This document shows positions 51,483-61,273 of a DNA stretch of 64,000 nt, piece by piece. Position numbers and translations under genes: made by a program. Position 1 is the first letter of the stretch, and the number at the start of each line of letters is the position of its first letter. The notes under the pieces are model-generated. The model saw only the letters and a program-made list of their open reading frames with translations. It made no database searches and was not told the origin of the DNA. The stretch comes from an uncultured Candidatus Peribacteria bacterium (lineage in GTDB: Bacteria > Patescibacteriota > Gracilibacteria > Peribacterales > Peribacteraceae). The stretch lies in NCBI GenBank assembly GCA_964506185.1, contig CAZDKL010000001.1, positions 23,196 to 87,195 on the forward strand, given 5' to 3'.

Positions 51483-52340
51483 ATGAAAACAGCAATTTTC
51501 GTCGGTCGATTTCAGCCTTTCCATGACGGACATAGAAAGTGCATAGAAAAAACATTAGAGGATTGCAACAGATGTATTGTCCTTGTTCGAGATACCAATA
51601 AGACAGAAAAAAATCCTTTCGACTATGAAAAGCGCAAAGCTTTGATCAGATCTGCTTTCCCCAATGAAGACGAAGTAACTATTCAAAGAATTGAAGATCC
51701 CAATTGCGATTTATCTGTATATATTGGAAGAGACGTTGGCTACGAACTTATTCAACTTGATGAAACAACCGAGGCAATCTCCGCAACAAATATTCGCAAG
51801 AAGCTTTATGAGGAATCTAACCCTAATCCTAACCCTCACCCTAACCCTATTATTTGGCTAACCGGTAACTCCGGCGCTGGCAAAACAACACTTGCCTACG
51901 GCATACGAGATCACTTCAAAGAAAGCGCCCCTGTTCTTGTTCTGGATGGAGATGAAATGCGTTCAACTATCTCTATCGATGAAGGCTTTTCTGATGAAGA
52001 TAGAATCAAGCACAATGCGCGCGTTGCAAGACTTGCAAAGCTGATGTCGGAACACGGCTTCCTTGTAATCGTCGCAGTAATTGCACCATTTGATGATGCC
52101 CGCCATATGGTCAGCAAGATATGTAATCCAAAATGGATATATTTGAAGCGCTCCGGACTGGAATCCGAGGACAGGCCATATGAGCCGCCGACTGATCCTG
52201 ACCTGACTGTGGATAATGATGTGCTGAGTATTGATGAAGCCAGAAGCACCTTAATTTCTTATCTAAGAGGGCTGGAAATTGGCGTACGCAAGCCAAAAAG
52301 TATGCCTGTTAAGCACAAAGACAGCCTCATTAAGAGATAA
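51483..52340 (+). CDS. fusion protein: HxGH nucleotidyltransferase domain + adenylylsulfate (APS) kinase domain
   Basis: N-terminal VGRFQPFHDGH..ISATNIRK; linker NPNPNPHPNP; C-terminal IIWLTGNSGAGKTTLA..LDGDEMR..GFSDEDRIKHNARVARLA (CysC-like). Confidence 0.8.
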   Translation: MKTAIFVGRFQPFHDGHRKCIEKTLEDCNRCIVLVRDTNKTEKNPFDYEKRKALIRSAFPNEDEVTIQRIEDPNCDLSVYIGRDVGYELIQLDETTEAISATNIRKKLYEESNPNPNPHPNPIIWLTGNSGAGKTTLAYGIRDHFKESAPVLVLDGDEMRSTISIDEGFSDEDRIKHNARVARLAKLMSEHGFLVIVAVIAPFDDARHMVSKICNPKWIYLKRSGLESEDRPYEPPTDPDLTVDNDVLSIDEARSTLISYLRGLEIGVRKPKSMPVKHKDSLIKR

Positions 52341-52398
52341 TAATAAGATCGCAAAGAATTTGACGATATACCCCATTTTGTTGTAAAAACTACTTATT

Positions 52399-53526
52399 AT
52401 GAGTGATTTGGACGAAACGAGAGTACCGGCTGATACTGCATATCCCGCTCCCCCGGAACCGGCATCCATGGAAAGAATAAATGTGGCCGGAAGATTGGGA
52501 GCAATTACCGAGCTACTTAGAGATCGTGTTGCGGATGTTGTCGATGATCCGCCGGTGGTACCACCATATTCCGATGCCGAACGAACTGAAACTATCAACC
52601 AAGTTGCTCGCAGAAGGTTTACTGAATTCAGAGATCAATGGACTGCGCTTGCCGATGCGGATCGAATGTCCGAGGCTGACGACTTGCTTGATCAGTTATT
52701 TTGCTATTTCCGCGAGCGCGAACCTAATGGAGACAATGATGATAACTTCCTTATGAAACACGGATTTAATATGTTCATAAGAAATGAAGACCCGCGATTC
52801 CTTCAGGCAATTGTTGCACGCTTTACAGAACGTCCTGATGCCGATCAACCTCATAATCAAGACTTGGTAAGTAAAGCGCATGAGTTTGGAGCAAGGCATT
52901 GCAGGGTTCGCGGAACTACTTTGATGGGAGATGAACAAACAGCTGAAGCCGGAAGAAGGCTGATAGAACAAGCTCGCGAAACACTTAGAGCATTAATCAC
53001 AACGTACGAAGAACGCGGAGAATTTGGCTCGGCCTGTCGTGCAGCCTACGAAACAGCCTACACATTTGTGCCGCAAGAACGATGGGGAGAGGCACATTTG
53101 TACTTTAGGATTTCAGGTCAGATGGCAGAAAAAGATCCGGAAGAAGTCCTTGGACAATTAATCGCAATAAACGAACAGAACTATGCTATGAAGATGGGGG
53201 GTACTATGCCGGCGGCAGATGTCATCGAAAGCTATCGGCAATTCACGCGCAAAGTAAGAGAATTGGCTGCACGCGGAAACCCGACCGCAAAGCGCTGGGT
53301 AAGCAATGCGCTTCATGAACAGGGAACGACAGCCTTGGAAATTGCGCAGGCAGAACGCGAAGCCAATGAGAGTGCAGATGTTGAAGTTTGGGTGCAGGAA
53401 GTATTGCTATGCACACAAATGATTATTGATGACGAAGATGGTTACTTGGCAGAACTTGACGAGCAAAGAATAATTGTAGATAAAGCAACAGAACTCCGAG
53501 AGAAAGCACTGGCACTTCAGGCTTAA
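52399..53526 (+). CDS. hypothetical, probably all-helical protein (375 aa)
   Basis: Long ORF inside the glycan cluster. I recognise no motif. By eye it is slightly more GC-rich than its neighbours. Confidence 0.65.
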   Translation: MSDLDETRVPADTAYPAPPEPASMERINVAGRLGAITELLRDRVADVVDDPPVVPPYSDAERTETINQVARRRFTEFRDQWTALADADRMSEADDLLDQLFCYFREREPNGDNDDNFLMKHGFNMFIRNEDPRFLQAIVARFTERPDADQPHNQDLVSKAHEFGARHCRVRGTTLMGDEQTAEAGRRLIEQARETLRALITTYEERGEFGSACRAAYETAYTFVPQERWGEAHLYFRISGQMAEKDPEEVLGQLIAINEQNYAMKMGGTMPAADVIESYRQFTRKVRELAARGNPTAKRWVSNALHEQGTTALEIAQAEREANESADVEVWVQEVLLCTQMIIDDEDGYLAELDEQRIIVDKATELREKALALQA

Positions 53527-53558
53527 TATCCTTGGATCTGATTTAATTCACCACTAAT

Positions 53559-54317
53559 ATGACCCCCATGCCTCGCATTACAGCAATCATCTGCGTACGC
53601 ATGGGATCCGAGAGGTTTCCGGGGAAGACTATGAAGCCAATAAATGGAAGGCCTCTTCTTGGAATCCTTATTGACCGCGTTAAGCAGTCCAAACACATTA
53701 ACAGCATCGTTGTCGCAACATCTGTTAATAAGAACAACGACATTATAGAAAGCTTTTGTGCTAACGAAGGGATTCATTGTTTTCGCGGATCGGAGGATGA
53801 TGTGGCTGGGCGAATGCTCGGCGCACTGGAGAGCGAAGGGGCTGACATTGGAGTAGAGATTTACGGAGACGGTCCTCTCAATGATCCTAGAGTGATTGAT
53901 AGATGCATTGAGTATTACCTTGAAGATGGATCTTATGATTTAGTTGGGAACGATATGAAAGCAGGTTATCCGTCCGGAATGTATAGCGAGACTTTCTCGA
54001 TGGAGGCATTCAAAGACTCAGTTGAAAAGAATACTGATCCTGCAATCAGGGAACACGGGACTCTTTACCTGCGCCAGCACTCAGAACTTTATAAGACAAT
54101 CAATCTTGAACCACCCGAGAATCTAAATCGCCCTGACATTCATCTGGATGTCGATACGGAGTTCGACTTCCACATTATTGAGTCTGTTGTAAAAAACTTT
54201 GCACCAAGAAATGACTATTCACTAGAAGAAATATTAGATTATCTGGATGCAAATCCGCTTCTGGCCAAAAGCAATCAGTTTGTGGAAAGAAGATGGAAGC
54301 AGTATCAAAAAGCCTAA
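53559..54317 (+). CDS. cytidylyltransferase (CTP_transf_3; SpsF/NeuA/PseF-like)
   Basis: ITAIICVRMGSERFPGKTMKPINGRPLL..IVVATS..FRGSEDDV. Confidence 0.8.
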   Translation: MTPMPRITAIICVRMGSERFPGKTMKPINGRPLLGILIDRVKQSKHINSIVVATSVNKNNDIIESFCANEGIHCFRGSEDDVAGRMLGALESEGADIGVEIYGDGPLNDPRVIDRCIEYYLEDGSYDLVGNDMKAGYPSGMYSETFSMEAFKDSVEKNTDPAIREHGTLYLRQHSELYKTINLEPPENLNRPDIHLDVDTEFDFHIIESVVKNFAPRNDYSLEEILDYLDANPLLAKSNQFVERRWKQYQKA

Positions 54318-55264
54318 TGGAGAATTCTAAGTTTAAATGCGGCATTATCGGAACCGGATCGTTTGCGGAGGTTCATTCGCAGGCAGCTGAGGAAAATTCA
54401 GCGACAACTCTTGCCGGAGTGTGCGATATTGATCCGCAAAGAAGCGGAGACTTTGCCCTGAAATGGAACTCGCAATCTTATGGAAGCGTTACTGATCTTT
54501 TGAGCGATACTGAACCTGACATTGTTGCTATTTGTTCTCCTGACGAGACACATGCAGGCATTGCAAAAGAGGTAATTGAACATACTAACGCTCCGCGTGT
54601 CCTGATAATCGAGAAACCTCTTTGCACTTCGACTGAGCAACTAAACATGCTCGCTTCCCTCCCCCAAGATAAAACAAGAATTGTTGTGGATCACAGCAGA
54701 AGATTTAATTCAGCTCATCAAAAGTTAAAGAAAATGATCGAGAACAATGAGTTGGGAACCGAATTGATATCAGTTGACTGGAAATACTATGCCGGCTGGT
54801 TCCACACGGGTATCCATGCGATTGATACTCTTAGGATGCTCTTGGGTGATCTTTCATATGTATATTCCAAGAAGACTCAGATCGATAGATTTCCGGCGGA
54901 CCCCCTATTTGACGTTGAGCTTCAGTCGGAAAAGTTCCCCGGAGTCAGAATCAATCTGGGAGGAGTGCCCGAAAAGCCATACATGATCTTTGAGTGTGTT
55001 TTGCTCTTTAATAAGGGCAGAATCCGCATTCATTGGGATGATATTTTTATCGATAAAGAGATACTGGATCGCGCAAAAAGACCGGCTCTTTGGTTTGATC
55101 ATAACTTCAAAGCAGATAGCATACATACGGCCCTCGATACCATGTATGGAGCGTGCGCTGAGTACTTGAATGGCGGAGATCCGGAGATCTTGAATCAAGT
55201 TAACTTCGAAGAAGCACGCAAGACTACCGAAATTCTTCTGGCCGCAATTGAAAACAATGAATGA
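54317..55264 (+). CDS. Gfo/Idh/MocA-family oxidoreductase
   Basis: KCGIIGTGSFAEVH..AICSPDETHAGIA..IEKPL. The start overlaps the previous stop (TAATG). Confidence 0.8.
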   Translation: MENSKFKCGIIGTGSFAEVHSQAAEENSATTLAGVCDIDPQRSGDFALKWNSQSYGSVTDLLSDTEPDIVAICSPDETHAGIAKEVIEHTNAPRVLIIEKPLCTSTEQLNMLASLPQDKTRIVVDHSRRFNSAHQKLKKMIENNELGTELISVDWKYYAGWFHTGIHAIDTLRMLLGDLSYVYSKKTQIDRFPADPLFDVELQSEKFPGVRINLGGVPEKPYMIFECVLLFNKGRIRIHWDDIFIDKEILDRAKRPALWFDHNFKADSIHTALDTMYGACAEYLNGGDPEILNQVNFEEARKTTEILLAAIENNE

Positions 55265-56537
55265 TCAATCAACTTCCATCGGCGCCGATACTCCAGTGCG
55301 CACAAAGCCCTGGAAAGAAAGCAATGCAATTGGCGAAGAAGAGCGTCTGGCCGCTGAACGAGTCATGCAGAGCAAGAATCTTTCAATGTTCCAAGGATCT
55401 TATAAACCTAATCCTCCTCTGAGCTTTTTAGGTGGGCAGGAAGTTCAAACTCTGGAATCTCTTGCGAAAGATTACATTGGTTCTGCGCATGTAGTCTCCG
55501 TTAACAGCGCAACTTCAGGTTTGTATGCCACAATTGGTGCATTAGGTCTTGGCTTTGGAGACGAAGTGATCGTTTCTCCTTACACAATGAGCGCATGCGC
55601 AACAGCTCCGCTCGTTTACGGAGCAATTCCTGTGTTTGCTGACGTTGAGAGAACAACCGGATGCTTGGACCCCGAATCAATCAAAGCAAATCTGACCTCA
55701 AGAACCAAAGCGATCTTAGTTGTACATCAATTTGGAATACCTGCGGACATGGATGCGATCATGAGCATAGCGAGAGAGCATGATTTGAAAGTTATTGAAG
55801 ATTGCGCGCAAGCATGGGGAGCTAAGTTTAAAGGAAAGCATGTCGGAACTTTCGGAGACATCGGAGTATTCAGTTTCAACGTTCACAAAACAATCCAATG
55901 CGGAGAAGGCGGGCTGTGCGTTACAAACGATTCTGACGTTGCTTTGAGGTTGCAGATGATCCGCAACCACGGCGAAGCAATTGTTGGTGATACGGAGCAT
56001 CGTGATCTGATAAATTTGGTCGGATTTAATTACAGAATGACCGAAATTAATGCAGCTATTGCTTCTGAGCAATTAAAGAAACTAGATCGTTTGAATGCTG
56101 TCAGGATTGAGTTAGTAAACACCGTTTCTGAAGGCATTGCACATCATGAATATTTGAGCGTACCGAGCCCAGAAGCTGACCGTAGCGCGACTTACTACAT
56201 TTATCCTCTCAGATACCACGCAGAGAAAGCAGGAAACATGCCGAGAGCTGAGTTTGTAAAGAAACTAAAGGCACAAGGAATCATTTTCTACGAGGGATAC
56301 GTAAAACCCATTTACATGCTCCCGCTATTCCAAAGCAGAACCGCTTACAAAAACGGATACCCATGGACAGCGCCGGAGAATGCTGAGTCTGATCCAAATT
56401 ATGCAAAAGGCGCATGCCCTGTTGCAGAAGATTTATTTGAAAATGAATTCTTGATGAACCTTCATTTGTGCCCGTCTCAAACAGTTGAGGATGCAGAAGA
56501 TATAGTCAAAGCAATCAACAAAGTACTTGGTATCTAA
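55257..56537 (+). CDS. DegT/DnrJ/EryC1/StrS-family aminotransferase
   Basis: SATSGLYATIGAL..DVIVSPYTMSA..FSFNVHKTIQCGEGG (PLP Lys). Overlaps the previous gene by 8 nt. Confidence 0.85.
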   Translation: MNDQSTSIGADTPVRTKPWKESNAIGEEERLAAERVMQSKNLSMFQGSYKPNPPLSFLGGQEVQTLESLAKDYIGSAHVVSVNSATSGLYATIGALGLGFGDEVIVSPYTMSACATAPLVYGAIPVFADVERTTGCLDPESIKANLTSRTKAILVVHQFGIPADMDAIMSIAREHDLKVIEDCAQAWGAKFKGKHVGTFGDIGVFSFNVHKTIQCGEGGLCVTNDSDVALRLQMIRNHGEAIVGDTEHRDLINLVGFNYRMTEINAAIASEQLKKLDRLNAVRIELVNTVSEGIAHHEYLSVPSPEADRSATYYIYPLRYHAEKAGNMPRAEFVKKLKAQGIIFYEGYVKPIYMLPLFQSRTAYKNGYPWTAPENAESDPNYAKGACPVAEDLFENEFLMNLHLCPSQTVEDAEDIVKAINKVLGI

Positions 56538-56546
56538 AAAAATAAT

Positions 56547-57149
56547 ATGAGAACAGTCGACACTCTTCTTTTGATCAAAGGCTATGGCGAACCTCATGAA
56601 GACAGGTGGCAACATCACGAAAGTGAAATTGCCAGATCTCGCGGAGTGCGCGTTATATATCCTCAGGAAATCCCCGGACTTCAGGGAACAGCAATTCCGA
56701 GCAGAGAAGAAGTCAGACAGTTCATGATAGATCTTCTTGAACAGGAAGGAGTTGAACCGGAAAAACTGCTTGCTCTCCCTCATAGCTTGGGAGGGAATGT
56801 TTGGATGGAAGTATTAAGACATAGAGAGGAATTTAGAAATGCATTAACCCGATTTATTGCTACTCCATGGGGAAGGCTTGCTGATTATCCGGAGCTGGAT
56901 GATTTCCTTCCGGAAACAGAAGTGCCAATGACCGTGGAACAAATAGGCAACATACTCGTTGCCGGCTCCGGTGATGATCCAATCATTAAGGAGCATCCAA
57001 TGACTTTCGCAGATAATATCGGAGCCAAATACGCTTTAAACATGGGCGCCGGGCACTACATGCCTCGCAAGCTATACGAAAATAGGGATTTCGGAGATTA
57101 TGGCAGACAATGGATTTCAGCTAGAACTCAACTTAAGATGCCTTATTAG
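56547..57149 (+). CDS. alpha/beta-hydrolase-fold protein (YdeN/RBBP9-like serine hydrolase, tentative)
   Basis: 200 aa with the nucleophile-elbow-like PHSLGGN and a C-terminal GAGHYM. Confidence 0.55.
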   Translation: MRTVDTLLLIKGYGEPHEDRWQHHESEIARSRGVRVIYPQEIPGLQGTAIPSREEVRQFMIDLLEQEGVEPEKLLALPHSLGGNVWMEVLRHREEFRNALTRFIATPWGRLADYPELDDFLPETEVPMTVEQIGNILVAGSGDDPIIKEHPMTFADNIGAKYALNMGAGHYMPRKLYENRDFGDYGRQWISARTQLKMPY

Positions 57150-58572
57150 AGCACTCTCTGACTTTTTCTCCCATCTTCTCTCCGACAATAATCGCACGCT
57201 CTAACCAAGTCTCTTTAAAGTGCGGTGTTTCCGGTGCGCCGGCGTATGGGAAAGTTGTTTCTTCTAATGCTTTCATAAAGATGCGCAGATCTCTGATGGT
57301 ATGAGTCGGCTTACCTGAAAGAATAACCTCTACTGCGCGTTTGCAATCCTCATTCGTGTGTACCCGCTGAACGCCGAGAGCATACTGGAAGAATTGATGC
57401 CCAAACATTACCGCGGGCTTTCCTTTAAAGAGTCCTTCTAAGCAAGCAGTGCCCGTTACGGTTGCAACAGCCAATGCACTCCTCGTTAGTTCATGTGTGC
57501 TGAAATATCTGGGAACCAATACCACTTGCTTGGTATTCTTAAGTGCTTCGTAAAATTCAGGACTTCTGCAAAGCTCTTCTTGTGCAGGATGTTCTTTGAC
57601 GTACAGGAATACATCAGGAGGAAGATGAGACGCCATTTGCTGAACCATCAAATCCTGATCCGTATAAACCCCTCCGAGCGGACAAGTTGTTGCTTCCGGC
57701 TGCATGTGCAGAGGCATGTATATGAACTTTTTACTCAAATCAGGTTCGACTGCAATTCTGTCATACATAAGCGATGTTTCGTGCTGTCTGAGTTTACGCT
57801 TCCAAAAAGTCGGCGATATAACTGAGCTAAAGAAGTACTTTGGTTTCTTGAACATGATGTTGATTGCAATCTTGCCCCATTTCTTAATGAAACTGTCCGT
57901 TTCCAAATGCGGATCGCGAGGACCCATGTACCAAGGATCTTTGTCTGCCATTTGGTTTTTGCAAAACTCTTCAAGATGAGGATGCAGATCTATTTCTTCT
58001 TTCCCTTCATATCTTTTCCTGACTTCTTCCATGTGTTCCTTGATTTCCATACCGGTTGTTTCGAAATGCTCTTCCATAGAAGCGACGCCTAGTACCGGCA
58101 TTCGTTCGAAAAACCAAACCGGAATGTTCTTGAGTCTGCACAGATCATCAATCACCTGATCATAACATTGATGGGCAACTGCATTCATGAGCAGAAGTCC
58201 TATTTGATGCTTTTCTATCATGTGATCCCAGTATCTTAAGTGATCGAAGTATTGCCGCTTGCGTTCTTCATAGGGCATATCTTTGTAATTCGCGTACCTT
58301 TCCACCATCGTCATAAACAGTGCTTCGCATGCACGCATCTTTTCTATCAGTTCTTCATCAAGCGGAGCAATTTCTGACCAGTCCATATCTGTGTAGTCGC
58401 CCGCTCTTTGCGGACCTGCGGGAATAAAGATGTGATTTTCGCAATCAAGCTCCGGCCACTGCTTTTTGTCGTTCATTACATTGATACATGTACCAAGCTT
58501 CACGCCCTTAAAGGCCGTCTCGATCATCGGCTTGCCTGCGGAGTCATCAAAACCTTTCAGTATGACATTCAT
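57133..58572 (-). CDS. capsule polysaccharide biosynthesis protein (KpsS/KpsC-like, Capsule_synth family)
   Basis: YVKEHPAQ..STHELTRSALAVATVTGTACLEGLFKGKPAVMFG. The start is uncertain: ATG 58572 is chosen, but the ORF is open to 58710. Confidence 0.7.
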   Translation of the reverse strand: MNVILKGFDDSAGKPMIETAFKGVKLGTCINVMNDKKQWPELDCENHIFIPAGPQRAGDYTDMDWSEIAPLDEELIEKMRACEALFMTMVERYANYKDMPYEERKRQYFDHLRYWDHMIEKHQIGLLLMNAVAHQCYDQVIDDLCRLKNIPVWFFERMPVLGVASMEEHFETTGMEIKEHMEEVRKRYEGKEEIDLHPHLEEFCKNQMADKDPWYMGPRDPHLETDSFIKKWGKIAINIMFKKPKYFFSSVISPTFWKRKLRQHETSLMYDRIAVEPDLSKKFIYMPLHMQPEATTCPLGGVYTDQDLMVQQMASHLPPDVFLYVKEHPAQEELCRSPEFYEALKNTKQVVLVPRYFSTHELTRSALAVATVTGTACLEGLFKGKPAVMFGHQFFQYALGVQRVHTNEDCKRAVEVILSGKPTHTIRDLRIFMKALEETTFPYAGAPETPHFKETWLERAIIVGEKMGEKVRECSNKAS

Positions 58573-58663
58573 ACCGGAGGAGTATGTCAAAGAATTATCT
58601 CTGATGACACAAAAAGGGCAAGAAAAGGGAGCAATTTGCCTTATGCCTGCTAATATATCCGAC

Positions 58664-59620
58664 ATGGACCTTGTCCTGACCAAGTGCTCTTCGGCTGAAG
58701 AATGGGACAACTTCGTTCTCGCGTCCCCTCAGGGAAACGTATTCACTTCATCAGCTTTTTTGAATTCAATGACAGATGAGCATAAAGGATATTTCGTCGA
58801 AGCAAATGGAGAGAAGCTCTTGGGTGCTCTAAGTTTTGGAGATAAGCCCTCTCCCCGTCCGTTCACAATGTATCAAGGGGTTTTGTTTGCGGAGTCTGTC
58901 GCCAATGCAAAGCCGCACACAGCTGTGAGCAAACAGATGAAGCTACTGGATTTTTTGTTGGAGGAACTCGAAAAAGAAACTGACCTGATTTCATTCAGTC
59001 TGCATCATAGCTTCCCAGATATAAGGAGCTTTCTTTGGTTCCATTATCACGAACGTGAAAAAGGAATGTTCACGGTTAATCCCAGATACACGGGGCTTAT
59101 TGATCTCGAAAATATGGGGAACATGGATGAAATGCTGATGGATATCAGAACTGTTCGCAGACAAGAAGTACGCAAAGCAGAAAAGAATGGATGGAGCGCT
59201 GAAGAATCAACTGACATTGGTTTGCTAGATGAGCTTCACAAGAAAACTTTCGAGCGACAGGATATTGAACGGCCGGAGGAACATGGCGAGCTTGTTAAGT
59301 CAATTGCTTCGTCAGCTTTTGAAAATAATTTTGGAGAAATGCTGATCGCAAAGAAAGATGGAGCGGTAGCGAGCGCAGTTCTGACGCTTTTTGATGACAG
59401 ATGCGCATATTACCTGTTTGGAGCCAATGATCCTGAGTTTAGGAATGACGCATGCGGAAGCATATTGCTCGCAAACTCAATCCAAAGAGCAAAAGATCGA
59501 GGACAAAAGAGTTTTGACACGGTCGGAATCAATTCCCCTGCGCGAGGTGATTACAAAACCAGTTTCTCCGCAATCCCGACTGTGTATTTTGATGTTACCT
59601 GGAACAAAAATGCTTCTTAA
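58664..59620 (+). CDS. FemAB/BioF2-like GNAT acyltransferase (tentative)
   Basis: ..RQEVRKAEKNGW..YYLFGANDPEFRNDACGSILL..AKDRGQKSFD. The start was set at ATG 58664 (MDLVLTK); the ORF extends to 58466. Confidence 0.55.
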   Translation: MDLVLTKCSSAEEWDNFVLASPQGNVFTSSAFLNSMTDEHKGYFVEANGEKLLGALSFGDKPSPRPFTMYQGVLFAESVANAKPHTAVSKQMKLLDFLLEELEKETDLISFSLHHSFPDIRSFLWFHYHEREKGMFTVNPRYTGLIDLENMGNMDEMLMDIRTVRRQEVRKAEKNGWSAEESTDIGLLDELHKKTFERQDIERPEEHGELVKSIASSAFENNFGEMLIAKKDGAVASAVLTLFDDRCAYYLFGANDPEFRNDACGSILLANSIQRAKDRGQKSFDTVGINSPARGDYKTSFSAIPTVYFDVTWNKNAS

Positions 59621-60215
59621 ACTGATCAGAATAATGAGTGAACGGGAGGACAAGAGTTTCGATAAGAAATTCGGATGCGACTTTAGCGGAGTTATAGGCG
59701 CCAAAGATTTAAAAACTGATTCTGAGTTCAGGGACAACGCAACTTCATATCACGCGGCGTGGTGCAGTTCGATCAGAAAGCTAATAAAGAAGAGTGCGAG
59801 TCTTAAAATTAGACCTGAGACTTTTATCGACATCGGATGCGGCAAAGGCAAGGTATGTTTTTATGCGGCGGCTCTCAAGAGATTCAAAAAAATCATTGGA
59901 ATTGATTTTGATTCCGAGCTTATTGCTCAGGCCAATGAATACAAATCTAAATTTTCTGAGTACAACATTGAGTTCTTGCATGCCGATGCCACCGAGTATG
60001 ATTTGGGTCAGTTCGAGCAGAGCATGATCTTTATGTTCAATCCATTTGATGACAAGGTGATGAGGATATTTCTGGAAAAGAACATGAACGCCTTCAGAGA
60101 AAAGAGGCATGTGATTGCATATTCAAATGACATGCAACATAAGGTAATTGAGGAAATGGGTTTTAAGAAGCTTTGGAGGCATCCAAAGCGCAAAATGTCT
60201 TTATGGCAGTTATGA
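59610..60215 (+). CDS. class I SAM-dependent methyltransferase
   Basis: Motif I is FIDIGCGKGKVCFYAA, followed by IGIDFD. The start was set at ATG 59610, overlapping the previous stop. Confidence 0.8.
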   Translation: MLLKLIRIMSEREDKSFDKKFGCDFSGVIGAKDLKTDSEFRDNATSYHAAWCSSIRKLIKKSASLKIRPETFIDIGCGKGKVCFYAAALKRFKKIIGIDFDSELIAQANEYKSKFSEYNIEFLHADATEYDLGQFEQSMIFMFNPFDDKVMRIFLEKNMNAFREKRHVIAYSNDMQHKVIEEMGFKKLWRHPKRKMSLWQL

Positions 60216-61234
60216 TTCTATTCTGCGCATCAGACGCCGGCGGGGCCAAAGAATTGATTCCCGTAATCAAGCTGGCCGAAGACAAAAAAGTATTCGGCTC
60301 CCATGTAACTGTTCCTATCTTTGCTGACTTCAGTATCGAGGCTGAAGAAATTAAGATAAATACAAAAGAAGAAGCCGACGAGTTTCTTAAAAAAATAAAT
60401 CCTGACTCCATTTGCATGGGAACAACCGGAACGATTAAAACCGAAAGATATCTGACCGAGTCAGCCAAAGAACTTGGAATCAAAACCGTCGCAGTGCTTG
60501 ATGAGTGGTACAACTACGCACTCAGGTTTGCAGATGAAGCTAAGCAAATTGGAAAATATTTACCTGACGTGATCTGTGTACAAGATGAAACATCTTTGGA
60601 ACTGGCAAAGGCTGAGGATATTCCCGAATCTAACATGAAAATAACCGGAAGCGTCTCGTTATCTGAACTTAAGAAAACTCCTCCGCCTGAATTTCCGGAG
60701 ATTCTAAAACCCGCAGGTGATCGTACTTCAGTTCTATTTGTTTCCGAACCTTTGAAAAGAGCTTACGGAGAAAAAGCAGGAGACAAAGGAACTCATGGTG
60801 AGTTCATAGGTTTCCATGAGGAGATTGTTCGGCAGTTGCTTGCTGACCATCTGACTAAGCTTGATAAAAATTATTTTGTTCTGGAAAAAATGCATCCGTC
60901 TCAGAAAGATGTGTCTGCCCCTCCAAACTGCGGACCCAACGTCGAGTGGATTTCTTCCGCTGAACCTATGCCGATCATTCCTTTGCTCTGGCACGCTGAC
61001 TTGGTTGTTGGAATGAGATCAAAGGCGTTACTTGAGGCTGCAATACTTGGGAAAAAGCCGATCTCAATTCAACCAAACTCGCCTGATCCCGAAAAATGCA
61101 CGGCTGTCAGACTTGGCGTGTGCGAGCTTCAAACTGATAAATTGAACCTTGATATTGGTGCAACTGAGCATGAAATACCGGAATTTCCTTTTGCTAATGT
61201 AGATGCTGCTATTAATGTATTGAGCTTTACCTAA
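60203..61234 (+). CDS. hypothetical protein (343 aa; possibly a GT-B/PseG-like fold, unverified)
   Basis: The start ATG 60203 overlaps the previous gene's end. The N-terminus ILFCASDAGGAKELIP suggests a Rossmann-like beta-alpha unit. Confidence 0.6.
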   Translation: MAVMILFCASDAGGAKELIPVIKLAEDKKVFGSHVTVPIFADFSIEAEEIKINTKEEADEFLKKINPDSICMGTTGTIKTERYLTESAKELGIKTVAVLDEWYNYALRFADEAKQIGKYLPDVICVQDETSLELAKAEDIPESNMKITGSVSLSELKKTPPPEFPEILKPAGDRTSVLFVSEPLKRAYGEKAGDKGTHGEFIGFHEEIVRQLLADHLTKLDKNYFVLEKMHPSQKDVSAPPNCGPNVEWISSAEPMPIIPLLWHADLVVGMRSKALLEAAILGKKPISIQPNSPDPEKCTAVRLGVCELQTDKLNLDIGATEHEIPEFPFANVDAAINVLSFT

Positions 61235-61273
61235 CAATGACATACATCAATATTGATGCTATAATCATGTGAA

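Noticed and set aside
51817-51848. Telomere-like CTAACCC-type repeat
   Set aside because: It lies in frame inside a CDS, encoding the NPNPNPHPNP linker. It is only about 32 nt long, sits in an internal position and is imperfect.
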